Shown here piece by piece: positions 20,678-30,824 of a stretch of 64,000 bases of DNA. The stretch is from Bernardetia sp. ABR2-2B. GTDB taxonomy: Bacteria; Bacteroidota; Bacteroidia; Cytophagales; Bernardetiaceae. Where the stretch lies: positions 1,843,293 to 1,907,292 of the forward strand of contig NZ_CP147020.1 in the NCBI RefSeq assembly GCF_037126435.1, read 5' to 3'. Position numbers and translations under genes: made by a program. Under the pieces are notes generated by a model that was not told the DNA's origin, searched no databases, and worked only from the letters and a program-made list of their open reading frames with translations. The stretch's first letter is position 1, and each line of letters starts with the position of its first letter.

Positions 20678-21442
20678 TCAGAATTTATAAGAAATTCCTA
20701 GATGCAGATTGATTTGATAAAAACGCATTTGCCAAATTGTATTTTTATTTCCTACTGAATTGGACAAATATTTCAATGAACTTTCTCCAAAAACTCCCCA
20801 ATGATTAGTTAGTTGATAATGACTTTGATGGAAACCTGAAAAGAATGGGATTACTTGTTTGGCACTTGGAAATTGAGCTGTACTTTCATAAATCTCATAA
20901 TTGGTAGTTTCATTTGTAAGTAACAAAAGCCCTGTTTTTACTCCTATTTGATGTTTCCATTTTTTAGATTGGAATAAAGAATAAGAGATTCCTAAATCTA
21001 TTTTAAAATAAGTGCTTTCATAATTTATAGTTTGGGTTTGTAGGCTATCTCTATTTCCATAAATAGGCTGTATAGATACATGATTTGTAGAAATTTTGGT
21101 GGCTATGTAGTTAGTTGGTGTAGAATAATAATTTCCTCCAAATTGATACTTAACTGTATTTTTCCATTTTAAAATACCTATATCAGTATGTAAACTCCAT
21201 TTTTGAGATAAGTTTCTTTCTGCCATAAAACCAAATGTAAGACTCTGACGCTCACTGAGAGTTTGTTTGTCATTAAGCATTCTTACATAATGTTTGTCAA
21301 TTGGATTTGCTGCAAAATGTTTGTAGGTCATTCCAAAACCTGTGTAAGAGGCAATTTTCCATTTTGAAAGCATATTTGATTCTTTGTTCAAACTCTTACT
21401 CCATTGACAAAACTTTAATTTTTTGATCAAATTTAGTTTCAC
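20678..21442 (-). CDS. Outer-membrane beta-barrel-like protein whose 5' end runs into the IS4 element. It is probably N-terminally truncated or disrupted.
   Basis: 254-aa ORF ending GISYKF (aromatic C-terminus typical of OM barrels). The first ~12 codons lie inside the IS left end, and no signal peptide follows the internal Met at 21373. Confidence 0.35.
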   Translation of the reverse strand: MKLNLIKKLKFCQWSKSLNKESNMLSKWKIASYTGFGMTYKHFAANPIDKHYVRMLNDKQTLSERQSLTFGFMAERNLSQKWSLHTDIGILKWKNTVKYQFGGNYYSTPTNYIATKISTNHVSIQPIYGNRDSLQTQTINYESTYFKIDLGISYSLFQSKKWKHQIGVKTGLLLLTNETTNYEIYESTAQFPSAKQVIPFFSGFHQSHYQLTNHWGVFGESSLKYLSNSVGNKNTIWQMRFYQINLHLGISYKF

Positions 21443-22484
21443 TAGTCATTGGATTATTGAGTATTTTTTTAATTTCTATTAATCCATATCTGAAAAAAGA
21501 GTATTCATTATATCCATTTGAACAGACTCTTATTTTTGTTTTTTTATGTTTCCATTCTCCTACTTTGTAACACCAAACAAAGGCAATGGAACACAAAGCA
21601 ATTAATTTAGCTATTTTATTTGGTTCTGTTAATTTTGTATTTTCTAAGTTAAAACCTTGTGATTTTAGTGCTTTAAACAACGTTTCGATTTCCCAACGTT
21701 GTTTATAAATTTCAAAAATATTATCCAATAAAACAGGTGATGCTAAATAAATATATCCTTTTTGTGTTCGACTTACAGATAAATATACCTCTGCTTCATT
21801 GACTACAAATGTTCCATCTAGTTGATAGGTTTCTGAAATCGAAAGCCCTCTACACCATGCTACAATAGACTTTGTTTTCCCTTTTCTAGTAGCTTTAAAG
21901 TTAGATTTTATACGCATTACAAAATCAAATTTTTTTGTAGCTAAATAGAAAAACCATTTTTTACCTATAAACTCTCTATCTGCTACAAGAGCAGTAATAG
22001 ATAAATTAGGAAATTGATTTAAGAAATCTTCTATCAAATCAATTCGTTGTTGAGTAGCTGAATTTCCTGTCCTCGAAAGTACAGACCAACAAAGAGGAAT
22101 AGATACCCCTTTATGAGCTGCTGAGAGAAGCAAAATATTAATATGCTCTTTTCCAACTTTCCAATTCGTTCTATCCAAACACAGTACGATATTTTCCCAT
22201 TGTTCAATGCCTTCTAAGGAAATAATCAAATTAGTAATTGCTTGAAAATCAAGCTCATAATAATTTAAAAAGCGTTCTATACGACGTAAAGAAGAACTGT
22301 ATTCTACATTCCTTTCAAACGCAGTTGCAATTTGAATTAAACCTCCTAGACCTACCTTTATAACAGCTATTACAAAAAGACCTATAAATTGAACTCGGGC
22401 TAAATGAAACCCTTTTAAATGAGAAGATAAAACACTAACTAATTTTGTAACTTTACCACTAGAAGCATACTTTGCTTTCGCCAT
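21396..22484 (-). CDS. IS4-family DDE transposase.
   Basis: 362-aa ORF with the IS4-type C-terminal motif YKQRWEIETLFKALK. Confidence 0.7.
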   Translation of the reverse strand: MAKAKYASSGKVTKLVSVLSSHLKGFHLARVQFIGLFVIAVIKVGLGGLIQIATAFERNVEYSSSLRRIERFLNYYELDFQAITNLIISLEGIEQWENIVLCLDRTNWKVGKEHINILLLSAAHKGVSIPLCWSVLSRTGNSATQQRIDLIEDFLNQFPNLSITALVADREFIGKKWFFYLATKKFDFVMRIKSNFKATRKGKTKSIVAWCRGLSISETYQLDGTFVVNEAEVYLSVSRTQKGYIYLASPVLLDNIFEIYKQRWEIETLFKALKSQGFNLENTKLTEPNKIAKLIALCSIAFVWCYKVGEWKHKKTKIRVCSNGYNEYSFFRYGLIEIKKILNNPMTSETKFDQKIKVLSME

Positions 22485-22551
22485 AATTGAGAAAAATTTT
22501 GTGAGAAACTCAATTATGGCTTTTTTTTATCTAAATTTAAAATCTTTTGTC
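21405..22551 (-). mobile_element. IS4-family insertion sequence (boundaries approximate).
   Basis: Imperfect terminal inverted repeats near 21405 (gacaaaactttaatttt) and 22551 (reverse complement gacaaaagattttaaattt) enclose the transposase gene. Confidence 0.5.
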
Positions 22552-23318
22552 AGAGGACTGAGGTTCAAACTACCTTTTTTATTATCATTTGATACAATTT
22601 TGATAGAGTCTATTTGCATTTCAAAAAATGGGTCTGCATTTGTTTTTATTTCTCCAAGAGACTTTTCTTCTAATACAAATATCATTTTTTTATCTTCTTG
22701 AGTAACGGCAGTTATTTCTGCTTGTGTTTCTTGCAAATTTTCTTGAGTTATATTTACTACCTCGTTATTTTCATCATCACTACTTAAGTCAGTTGTCAAA
22801 CCAATATTTTTACTAACATTTTCTTGTGTAGTTGCTTTTTGAGAAAAGCGAGAAGACTTTGTAATAACTTTAGATGAAGTAGTTTCATTTGATAATGTTT
22901 TTTTTGTATTAGATATAGAATTATTAATCTGATTTTCTGATACATTAGACTTTGTATTTTTATTTATATCAGACTGAATGGTTGAGTTTTCTGTGGCAGA
23001 ATTAGTATCTGATTTTTCTATATCAGAAGTCATGTTTGTTTCTTTTTTTACTGTTTGGTTAGTAGTGTTGCAAGTAAAGTTAGGAGAAGATATATTATTT
23101 TCAGATGAAATAATATATAATCCAATGCCAAGACTTGAAACTAAAATCAAACCTAAAGCTAAAAACCAGTAGAGAAATTTTGGTCTTGAAGATTTATCTA
23201 GTTGCTCAGAAATTTTGTCCCAGCCATCAAGAGGAGGCAGAGATTCCCATTCATTAACTTTGGAAAAGCTGTTTTTCCATTCAGAATCATTTTGAGAGTT
23301 GTGTATATTGTTGTCCAT
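22527..23318 (-). CDS. Putative anti-sigma factor with a single TM helix and an S/T/N-rich extracytoplasmic region.
   Basis: 263-aa ORF immediately downstream of the ECF sigma gene. It has a cytoplasmic N-terminus (W/E-rich) followed by a TM segment (FLYWFLALGLILVSSLGIGLYI) and a low-complexity tail. Its 3' end abuts the IS right end. Confidence 0.5.
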   Translation of the reverse strand: MDNNIHNSQNDSEWKNSFSKVNEWESLPPLDGWDKISEQLDKSSRPKFLYWFLALGLILVSSLGIGLYIISSENNISSPNFTCNTTNQTVKKETNMTSDIEKSDTNSATENSTIQSDINKNTKSNVSENQINNSISNTKKTLSNETTSSKVITKSSRFSQKATTQENVSKNIGLTTDLSSDDENNEVVNITQENLQETQAEITAVTQEDKKMIFVLEEKSLGEIKTNADPFFEMQIDSIKIVSNDNKKGSLNLSPLTKDFKFR

Positions 23319-23333
23319 AAAACAAAAATGTTT

Positions 23334-23882
23334 TTAGCGTATGTATTGAGTGATTTTATAGTTGGTTGCCAATATTTTTCGTAATGCTTGTTTGGCTTTT
23401 GTAAGCTGAGAACGTGAAGTGCTTTCTGAAATACCTAATAATTTGCCAATATCTTCATGCTTGTATCCTTCTATGATATACAAATTAAAAACTACTCGAT
23501 ATCCTTGAGGTAATTCTCTAATCAACTTGATAAGTTCTTCAGCAGAAAGCATATCAAGTGCAGTATCTTTTGTGTCAGACTCATACATAAGTGCTTCATC
23601 AGAGAGATGCCCAAAATGCTTTTTTTGTTTGTGATAAATATCAATAGCTTTATGAACAGCAACTTGTCTTATCCAACCTCCAAGAGCTTCAAATTTTTTG
23701 ACTTGATTGATTTTCTTGAAAATGATTAGAAAAACTTCTTGCAACATGTCTTCTGCTTCTTCTCTGCTCTTAGCATAACGGATACAAGTTGTCATGACCT
23801 TTCCTGCATAAAGCCTGTATAGAGCTTCTTGAGCAGGACGAGAGCCTTTCAAACAACCTGAAAATATTTCTTTCTCTGACAT
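23334..23882 (-). CDS. RNA polymerase ECF-type sigma-70 factor.
   Basis: 182-aa ORF with a region 2 motif (DMLQEVFLIIFKK) and a region 4 HTH (EGYKHEDIGKLLGISESTSRSQLTKAK). Confidence 0.8.
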   Translation of the reverse strand: MSEKEIFSGCLKGSRPAQEALYRLYAGKVMTTCIRYAKSREEAEDMLQEVFLIIFKKINQVKKFEALGGWIRQVAVHKAIDIYHKQKKHFGHLSDEALMYESDTKDTALDMLSAEELIKLIRELPQGYRVVFNLYIIEGYKHEDIGKLLGISESTSRSQLTKAKQALRKILATNYKITQYIR

Positions 23883-23995
23883 AGATAATTTTGGTAGATT
23901 CTTTTTTTGTAGAATATTGTTAGAACATCAAACCTCTACAAACGACAATAACAGCACTACAAAGTAATGCTGTTTTTTTGAACAAATGAAAAAAG

Positions 23996-25111
23996 TTAAT
24001 TGACGACGACTTCAGCCGTATGTTCTTCTCCAGTTATTCGATTCCTCAATGTATAGAAAAAACTAAAAGGCAGAGGAGTATCCGTTGCTACAAAAAATAC
24101 AGGCTTATAGAATGGGTATTGACCTAGAGCGTGAGTTGCTCCAGTAATTCCATTCCAATCTACACTCAATTCCCAATCAAAACTTGAGTAATCACAAATT
24201 GAATCATTTTCTAAGTAAGGAAGGTAATAGTAGGTTTGTCCCACAACAAAATCATTAAAATACAAACTATCTACTTCATAACTAACAGATTCAAATGGAA
24301 CTGTATTAGTGCTATCATTTTCTATGCCTACCACTCTCTCAAAAGGCGAAAAAAATGTAGGTAGGTCTGCTGCTATAAACAAATCATTTTGAAGTGAAGA
24401 AACACACGTTGTATCTGTATTTGCACTAACCTCAAAACTTATTTTACCAACATAAGCAGCACTATTGTTAGAGTCATTAGGTCGTATATAATATAAAAAA
24501 TCTTGTCTGCCTACAAAATTGCTAGGAGGAAAATAGTTTATTTTCGTTGTTCCTTCCTCAAAAAATATTTCTATACCTTCTTGAATAGAATTGCTACCTT
24601 CAATCTCTTCTATATAGATCATTTCAGATTCGGTATTACAAAGAATATCATTACTCATAAAATCCAAACTATAAAGAGCTGTATTTTTTTGAGTATAATA
24701 TATATCTTCTTGAGTTACTACTTCACAAGTAACAGAGTCGGGAGTATATGCAATTTGCAACTTCCCATCTTTTCCATTGAGGCGATATCCAAATTCATCA
24801 GTTTTTGGATTGTTGCTATCATTTGCACGATATAAAAGAAGACCTTCTTCATTAATTTCAACTGTTCCAAAAGAAGGATTAGCTGTTAAAATTACATTAG
24901 TAGCAGTTGATACCTTGAATAAATGTACTAAATCTATGGCGCATAATGCCATGTTTTCAGCTTTAGAAAAACTCACACTACTTTCTGTAAGTTCTTGAAT
25001 TGGCTCAAGGACATCATCTTCTGATGTATCACAAGCTGTAATATAGAATGAGCTGATAAGTAGAGATGCAATTAGAAATAATTGCGAATAACGTTTTCTG
25101 AATGTTTGCAT
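23996..25111 (-). CDS. Hypothetical lipoprotein.
   Basis: 371-aa ORF with a signal peptide plus lipobox (LLISSFYITAC). Confidence 0.4.
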   Translation of the reverse strand: MQTFRKRYSQLFLIASLLISSFYITACDTSEDDVLEPIQELTESSVSFSKAENMALCAIDLVHLFKVSTATNVILTANPSFGTVEINEEGLLLYRANDSNNPKTDEFGYRLNGKDGKLQIAYTPDSVTCEVVTQEDIYYTQKNTALYSLDFMSNDILCNTESEMIYIEEIEGSNSIQEGIEIFFEEGTTKINYFPPSNFVGRQDFLYYIRPNDSNNSAAYVGKISFEVSANTDTTCVSSLQNDLFIAADLPTFFSPFERVVGIENDSTNTVPFESVSYEVDSLYFNDFVVGQTYYYLPYLENDSICDYSSFDWELSVDWNGITGATHALGQYPFYKPVFFVATDTPLPFSFFYTLRNRITGEEHTAEVVVN

Positions 25112-25385
25112 AATTTAAAAAATTAAAAGGTTTAATGTTCTATCTATAAAGAGTGAATCTTCTATAATTATGCTGCTTAATGGCTCATTATTTTTTTAAA
25201 TTATTTTTAATTTTGAATAATTTCAGCTTTAAATTGTTGATTTTTAAGACTTTAGGGTTGTTTTTGGAATTGTATTTTTTTGCAAAAAATAAAATTAAAG
25301 TTATTTTTTATAGCAATTTTGAAAGAGAATATAGACCTTTGTAAAAAATATATCAAAAAGTAAGTGGTAGAAAATCAATAAGAAA

Positions 25386-27095
25386 ATGGCAAAGAAAAAA
25401 TCCAAAGCAAAAATAATTTCGAATAAAGAAACACAACCAGCTTCGAATGTAAATTCAAAAAAAGCAACCCCAAAAAAGCAAATAGAACCTATAAAAGAGG
25501 ATAATAATCTGCTTTTTTCGCCCATTTCTACAAAACTAGCTTTGATTCTGACACTTGTTGCAGCGTGTCTGTATTTTGCTTTTTCTTTTGTTTCCGAAGG
25601 GTTTTATCAGCAAGATGAAGCTGTACACTATGTTTCGATGAAGCGTTTTTGGTTTAATCCAAATAGAATTTTGAGCAACTGGGAAAAACCTGGATTTAAG
25701 CTCGTTTATGCCTTGCCTTCACTTTTGGGTGTTCATTTTGTTACTTTTTTTAATTGTCTTTTGGCTGCTTTTTCTGGATTCTTTGCTTTTAAATTGGCAC
25801 AGAAAATAAACATTAAGATTCCTGCTCTAGCTCTTATTTTCTTGCTTACCCAACCGTTTTGGATTGGTCTTTCTTTTCGTAATTACTCTGAACTTTTAGC
25901 TGCCTTCCTTTTGATTTTGGCTGTCTATCTCAATGAAGACAAAAAATATGCTTTTGCTGCCCTTGCTGCTTCGTACATTGTCTTTATTCGTCAAGAATTT
26001 TATCCATTTTTGGCTCTCTATTTTTTCTTTTTGCTTTATAAAAAACAATGGCTTCCTGCACTTCTGACAGGTGTTTTTCCATTAGTTCACAACTTTTGGG
26101 GGGCAGCTATTACAGGCGATTTTCTGTATTTATTAAATCAAGTTTTGAAGACAAGTAGTGAAATAGGCGACCAATATCCAAGACAAGGTTTCGAACATTA
26201 TTTCTTGATGTCAGCAACTGTTTATGGTGGAATTATTATTACACTTATTGTGGCTTATTTTACGTTGAAAGCATTTCAAAAGAAAATTCCTCACGTTACA
26301 GTTGCTATTTTACCAACACTTTACTTTCTAATGTACTGTGTTTTTAATATTCAGTCTGTTCCTATTGGACCTGCAACGGCTGGAAACTTGCGTTATTTGA
26401 TTATTGTTGCTCCTCTTTTTAGTGTAATGGCTGCTTTAGCTGTTGAGGAATATCGAAGTACAAAAGATGCTTGGAAGGTAATTTATGCACTAATTCCGTT
26501 ATCTATTTTGGTAGGAATTTATATGACATATCCTGATAATCAGATTATGCTTTTGGATGAAAACTATGCAGAAAGAATGGCAAGGGCAGGAAGGGAGTTT
26601 CAAGTAGAACGTTATTTTGCGCCTCTAATTGCTGTTTTGGGAACTATTATTATTCTTATTATTGGTCTTTCATTTTCTCAAGCCAGACTTGCTTTTGCTG
26701 TTTTTGCTGTTTTTATGGCACTCATTACGCTTAAGCCAAAACCACTTTCAGAAGAAGATTCAAATGTGAAGAGTATGGCAAAATGGTATGAAAACTTTAC
26801 TGAAAAATATGGACAAACACCTATTTTGGTAAACCATCAACTTTTTTATTACTATTTAGATGAAACACCTGAAAGTTTTGAGATTACACCAACTTCAATA
26901 GACTCTACGACAGTTGCTAATCTGCCACAAAATGGTCTTATTTTTTGGGATTCTCATTATTCGTATCGTCCAGAACAAAACAAAGCAATGCTTAATTACA
27001 AATATTTCTTAGAAAACCCTCAAAAATTTGATAAAATACAAGAGTTTTGGGCTGCTGATAGAAGTTTTGTAGGATTTGTTTTTCGTAAAAAATAA
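25386..27095 (+). CDS. Polytopic membrane protein, possibly a GT-C fold glycosyltransferase (PMT/ArnT-like).
   Basis: 569-aa ORF with a lysine-rich N-terminal tail and at least 10 predicted TM helices. The family assignment is tentative. Confidence 0.35.
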   Translation: MAKKKSKAKIISNKETQPASNVNSKKATPKKQIEPIKEDNNLLFSPISTKLALILTLVAACLYFAFSFVSEGFYQQDEAVHYVSMKRFWFNPNRILSNWEKPGFKLVYALPSLLGVHFVTFFNCLLAAFSGFFAFKLAQKINIKIPALALIFLLTQPFWIGLSFRNYSELLAAFLLILAVYLNEDKKYAFAALAASYIVFIRQEFYPFLALYFFFLLYKKQWLPALLTGVFPLVHNFWGAAITGDFLYLLNQVLKTSSEIGDQYPRQGFEHYFLMSATVYGGIIITLIVAYFTLKAFQKKIPHVTVAILPTLYFLMYCVFNIQSVPIGPATAGNLRYLIIVAPLFSVMAALAVEEYRSTKDAWKVIYALIPLSILVGIYMTYPDNQIMLLDENYAERMARAGREFQVERYFAPLIAVLGTIIILIIGLSFSQARLAFAVFAVFMALITLKPKPLSEEDSNVKSMAKWYENFTEKYGQTPILVNHQLFYYYLDETPESFEITPTSIDSTTVANLPQNGLIFWDSHYSYRPEQNKAMLNYKYFLENPQKFDKIQEFWAADRSFVGFVFRKK

Positions 27096-27147
27096 TCTAC
27101 TAAAATGACTAATTTTTCTCGTAGTTGCTTTGATAATAAATACAGAT

Positions 27148-27190
27148 TTTCCTCAGAATTGAGTCGTTAAACCTAATTCTGAGGAAAGAT
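27148..27190. terminator. Hairpin terminator (cctcagaatt ...14 nt... aattctgagg) between convergent genes.
   Basis: 10-bp perfect inverted repeat read directly from the sequence. Confidence 0.45.
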
Positions 27191-27292
27191 AATCTAATCG
27201 TTTAGCTGTTATTGGTGTTTTAGTGTAGTAACTATAATCACTCTTGTTTAGTTAGTAGTACGACAAAGGTTACAAAAATGTAACTTGTTATT

Positions 27293-28117
27293 CTACATCA
27301 CATCTACAATTTTTGCATAAACATCATCCCACAAAAATGCTTTCATTTCTCCCGTATGAAGTCTCAAAATAAGCAAATTGTATTTATCAGTATGGTCTCC
27401 AATTCCTAAACGATAACCTGTTGCTCGTGTATGAGGGTGAAATCCAAATTTTTCACAGTTGGGAAGAACTGTCCCAAGAGCTACCGAATTGAAGTCTGGT
27501 CTTCTTGAACTATAAAATAGATTTTCTTTGAGTGTATTTATCAACTCTGGATTATTAAATTTTAATGTTTCTTTGTCATACATGTCCTTTGGGTCAGTAT
27601 TCAATAAATCTTTTATAGCCAAATCTGCACGTCGTTTGCGTTCTTCTCTCGCATTAATTTCTGCAAAAGCCATTGCTATACGCATTTTATTCATAAGATT
27701 ATTTTCACCTTGCAAATCTTCTTCTGTTGCACCATAAGCTGACCTCCAACGAATATTTAGGCGTAAGTGCGCACGTACATCTTTGATGGCTAAAAAACGT
27801 TTTTCTAATTCATCAGGTTCAAAATTACCAACATTTGCAGCAGTTACGGCATAGGGTGCATATTCTCCTTCAAGCTGTGCCAAGCTTTTCGTAGGACGAA
27901 TAAGCTTACGAGTAGAATCTGTTGGTGAAATAGTTGAATCGGCAATTACAATAGCTTCATTCAAGTCTCCAGCATCAATTATTGAATCTTGCTCATAATT
28001 GTCTTCTATAATTACAATTTCTAAATTAGTAGAATCATTTTGAGCAAAAGAATAATTGATAAAGATGCCAAAGGTAAAAAAAAGTAAAAGAGCTGTTTTA
28101 AGTATAAAATTATTCAT
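27293..28117 (-). CDS. Hypothetical secreted protein.
   Basis: 274-aa ORF with a signal peptide (MNNFILKTALLLFFTFGIFINYSFA). A His-rich C-terminal segment (GFHPHTRATGYRLGIGDHTD) may be metal-binding. Confidence 0.35.
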   Translation of the reverse strand: MNNFILKTALLLFFTFGIFINYSFAQNDSTNLEIVIIEDNYEQDSIIDAGDLNEAIVIADSTISPTDSTRKLIRPTKSLAQLEGEYAPYAVTAANVGNFEPDELEKRFLAIKDVRAHLRLNIRWRSAYGATEEDLQGENNLMNKMRIAMAFAEINAREERKRRADLAIKDLLNTDPKDMYDKETLKFNNPELINTLKENLFYSSRRPDFNSVALGTVLPNCEKFGFHPHTRATGYRLGIGDHTDKYNLLILRLHTGEMKAFLWDDVYAKIVDVM

Positions 28118-28571
28118 TTTGATTATTTAGGATAGATTTTTTTTAGAAAAGTTATTCTCTTTAATGGAGTTTCTAAGAATAAATTTGAATACAAAGTTAA
28201 TGGTAATTTTACATCTTAGTATAGATTGAACGTAATAAAGCAAAGTTTTTTAGTGAAAAAAGAATTTGCGAAATTTTATTTTCACTAATTCTACTAAAAT
28301 ATAAATTTACTTTATCAGTTTCAACAATGTAAAGCCAATACCAATTATATTCAATCTTTTATCTCTAAATTAAGACAAAATTAGTGCAGAAAATCTAACT
28401 AATTAGTTAAATTATTATAGAGGTTATTTATACGTGTGTTATTTGGTGTCCTTAGACTAAAATATCAGCAAAGGCTATGAACCATTTTGAGTTTATGAGT
28501 GGATAAATATGCTGTTATTTAATACACAATTTCACTGTATTTTTATTAGCCCAAAATTTAATCAACTCTAG

Positions 28572-29459
28572 CTATCTAAACATACTTTTTCCTATTATAT
28601 TTCTAGGATAAAAATGAGTCAAATACTCTTGAGTTTCGTTGATTAAGGTCTTGATATAATCTGTATTTACTTGTTGGGCATCTTGAGTACGAATTTGCTT
28701 AGTTTCTTCAAATTTATTGGAAAACTCTGTGGTATAATCCAAATCTAACATATCACAAATATCTGTAATCGTTCGTTCTGGAATTTCTCTAAAGTCTTCA
28801 TATCTGAAAAATAACCAGTCTGGATAATTGAGTTGATAATACAGTATAGTCTCTGCAAAGATAAGCCATATTCTTAATGCTTTTTCCCATTCTTTTAGGG
28901 CTTCAAAATTATTTTCTTTTTTTTCTAAATTTATTCGCTCTAAAGCATTTGGGGCATATTTAATGATTTTTGGTGAAAATAAAGTGTCCAAATCTAAGCT
29001 TTCTTTATTTTCTATCCAGTTATACACAAAATGTAAAGGATGTTGAATCAAAACTACTACATCAGTTTTGTAATGCTTATGCAACCATTCTATCAAAAAA
29101 AGACTATTTTTATCATAAATAAGAGGACGAATTTCTTTTTTTGTATCTTTATTAATTTGATACTTATCTATAAATCGCTTATACAATTGCTTAACACTAT
29201 TTCCAAAAGCTCCCTTTGTGTGTTCTTCTTTTGAGTTATAACCAAAACATTCTGCGATAAAAGATTCATACGGATTGTCTTCATCAACAGCAATAAAAGG
29301 ATATTTACTATCAAATGAAAAAATGTCTATTGAATCAGCAGTAGGCGAAAAAAAATGGGGTAAGTAACGCACCGAAGGAAAAACAGATAAAATAGGTGCT
29401 ATCCACTCTTGTTGAGAACAAAAAGCTCCTGTAAATAAAATAGGTTTTTGCGTTTGCAT
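28572..29459 (-). CDS. Hypothetical protein (possibly a sulfotransferase-like fold).
   Basis: 295-aa ORF. The N-terminus PILFTGAFCSQ weakly resembles a PAPS-binding loop. Assignment is low confidence. Confidence 0.3.
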   Translation of the reverse strand: MQTQKPILFTGAFCSQQEWIAPILSVFPSVRYLPHFFSPTADSIDIFSFDSKYPFIAVDEDNPYESFIAECFGYNSKEEHTKGAFGNSVKQLYKRFIDKYQINKDTKKEIRPLIYDKNSLFLIEWLHKHYKTDVVVLIQHPLHFVYNWIENKESLDLDTLFSPKIIKYAPNALERINLEKKENNFEALKEWEKALRIWLIFAETILYYQLNYPDWLFFRYEDFREIPERTITDICDMLDLDYTTEFSNKFEETKQIRTQDAQQVNTDYIKTLINETQEYLTHFYPRNIIGKSMFR

Positions 29460-29771
29460 TAATTTTAGGGACAGATTTAGACAGAAAGTTTGTAGTTAAG
29501 ATTATTTTATAAATTAGTAATAAAATTATTACTATACAAAGAATTCTAAATTTAATAAAAAATAATCGTTTTATTTTTCTGATTTTTTTATTTCTCTATC
29601 AAAAAAACATAAATTAACTCAAATTGAGGAATCTATTTTTTTAAGCAATTCATTTTTAAGGTTTATAAATTTGTGATACTTTTGTAGTATTGATTTTTCT
29701 AAATTACTTTTTTTTGGTGTAATTAGTCATTCATTCATTACTAACTAATCGCTAATAATTAATCACTATTT

Positions 29772-30713
29772 ATGAGTCTGAGTGTCAATCATTTATTAGG
29801 AATAAAAGACCTTACCCAAGCTGATATTTTGCATATTTTTGAAATGGCAGAGCAGTTTAAGGAAGTTATTAATCGTCCTATCAAAAAAGTACCTTCTTTA
29901 CGTGATATTACGATTGCTAATGTTTTTTTTGAAAACTCTACTCGTACTCGTATTTCTTTCGAACTCGCTCAAAAACGTCTTTCTGCTGATGTAGTTAATT
30001 TTTCTGCAAGTAATAGTTCAGTTTCAAAAGGAGAAACACTTCTTGATACAGTTAATAATATTTTGGCAATGAAGGTAGATATGATTGTGATGCGTCATTC
30101 TAGTGCAGGTGCGCCTCATTTTTTATCCAAACATATCAATGCAGCTATCGTAAATGCAGGAGACGGAACACACGAACACCCAACACAAGCACTTTTAGAT
30201 ACTTTTTCGATTAGAGAAAAATTAGGTGAAGTAGCAGGAAAAAAAGTGGCTATTATTGGAGATATTTCGCATTCAAGAGTAGCTCTTTCTAATATTTTTG
30301 CACTTCAAAAACTGGGTGCAGAAGTGATGCTTTGTGGAATGCCTACACTAATTCCAAAGTTTATAAATCAATTAGGAGTAAAGGTAAGTTATAATCTCAG
30401 AGAAGCTTTAGAATGGTGTGATGTTGCAAATGTGTTGCGTATTCAGTTAGAAAGGCAAGATGTAAAAAATATTCCTTCGCTGCGTGAATATTCACTTTAT
30501 TATGGAATAAATAAAGAATTATTGGATTCTCTCAATAAAGAAATTGTAATTATGCACCCTGGACCCATTAATAGAGGAGTAGAAATTGATAGTGATGTAG
30601 CCGATTCTGAACACTCAATTATTCTTAATCAAGTAGAAAATGGTGTTGCTATCCGAATGGCTGTGTTGTATCTTTTGGCTGAGAAAATAAAACCGAAATC
30701 AGTTACCAGTTAG
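29772..30713 (+). CDS. pyrB: Aspartate carbamoyltransferase catalytic subunit.
   Basis: 313-aa ORF with the ATCase motifs STRTR, HPTQ (EHPTQALLD) and HPGP (MHPGPINRG). Confidence 0.85.
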   Translation: MSLSVNHLLGIKDLTQADILHIFEMAEQFKEVINRPIKKVPSLRDITIANVFFENSTRTRISFELAQKRLSADVVNFSASNSSVSKGETLLDTVNNILAMKVDMIVMRHSSAGAPHFLSKHINAAIVNAGDGTHEHPTQALLDTFSIREKLGEVAGKKVAIIGDISHSRVALSNIFALQKLGAEVMLCGMPTLIPKFINQLGVKVSYNLREALEWCDVANVLRIQLERQDVKNIPSLREYSLYYGINKELLDSLNKEIVIMHPGPINRGVEIDSDVADSEHSIILNQVENGVAIRMAVLYLLAEKIKPKSVTS

Positions 30714-30734
30714 CAGTAATCAGTTACCAGTTTT
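30698..30734 (+). repeat. CAGTTACCAGT heptamer-like tandem element (aatcagttaccagttagcagtaatcagttaccagtttt) overlapping the pyrB stop codon.
   Basis: Near-identical 38-bp element at 60441-60479 adjacent to the recR start. Confidence 0.75.
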
Positions 30735-30824
30735 AATAGAATTAAAACCCTGATTAAATTTAAAAAAGCAATGGTAATTCATTTCATAATTTATCACTAA
30801 ACACTTATCATTAATCACTATCTT

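Noticed and set aside
29460-29771. Possible pyrimidine-responsive attenuator or leader upstream of pyrB.
   Set aside because: The region is T-rich with runs of T, but I could not identify a convincing terminator or antiterminator hairpin pair or a leader peptide.
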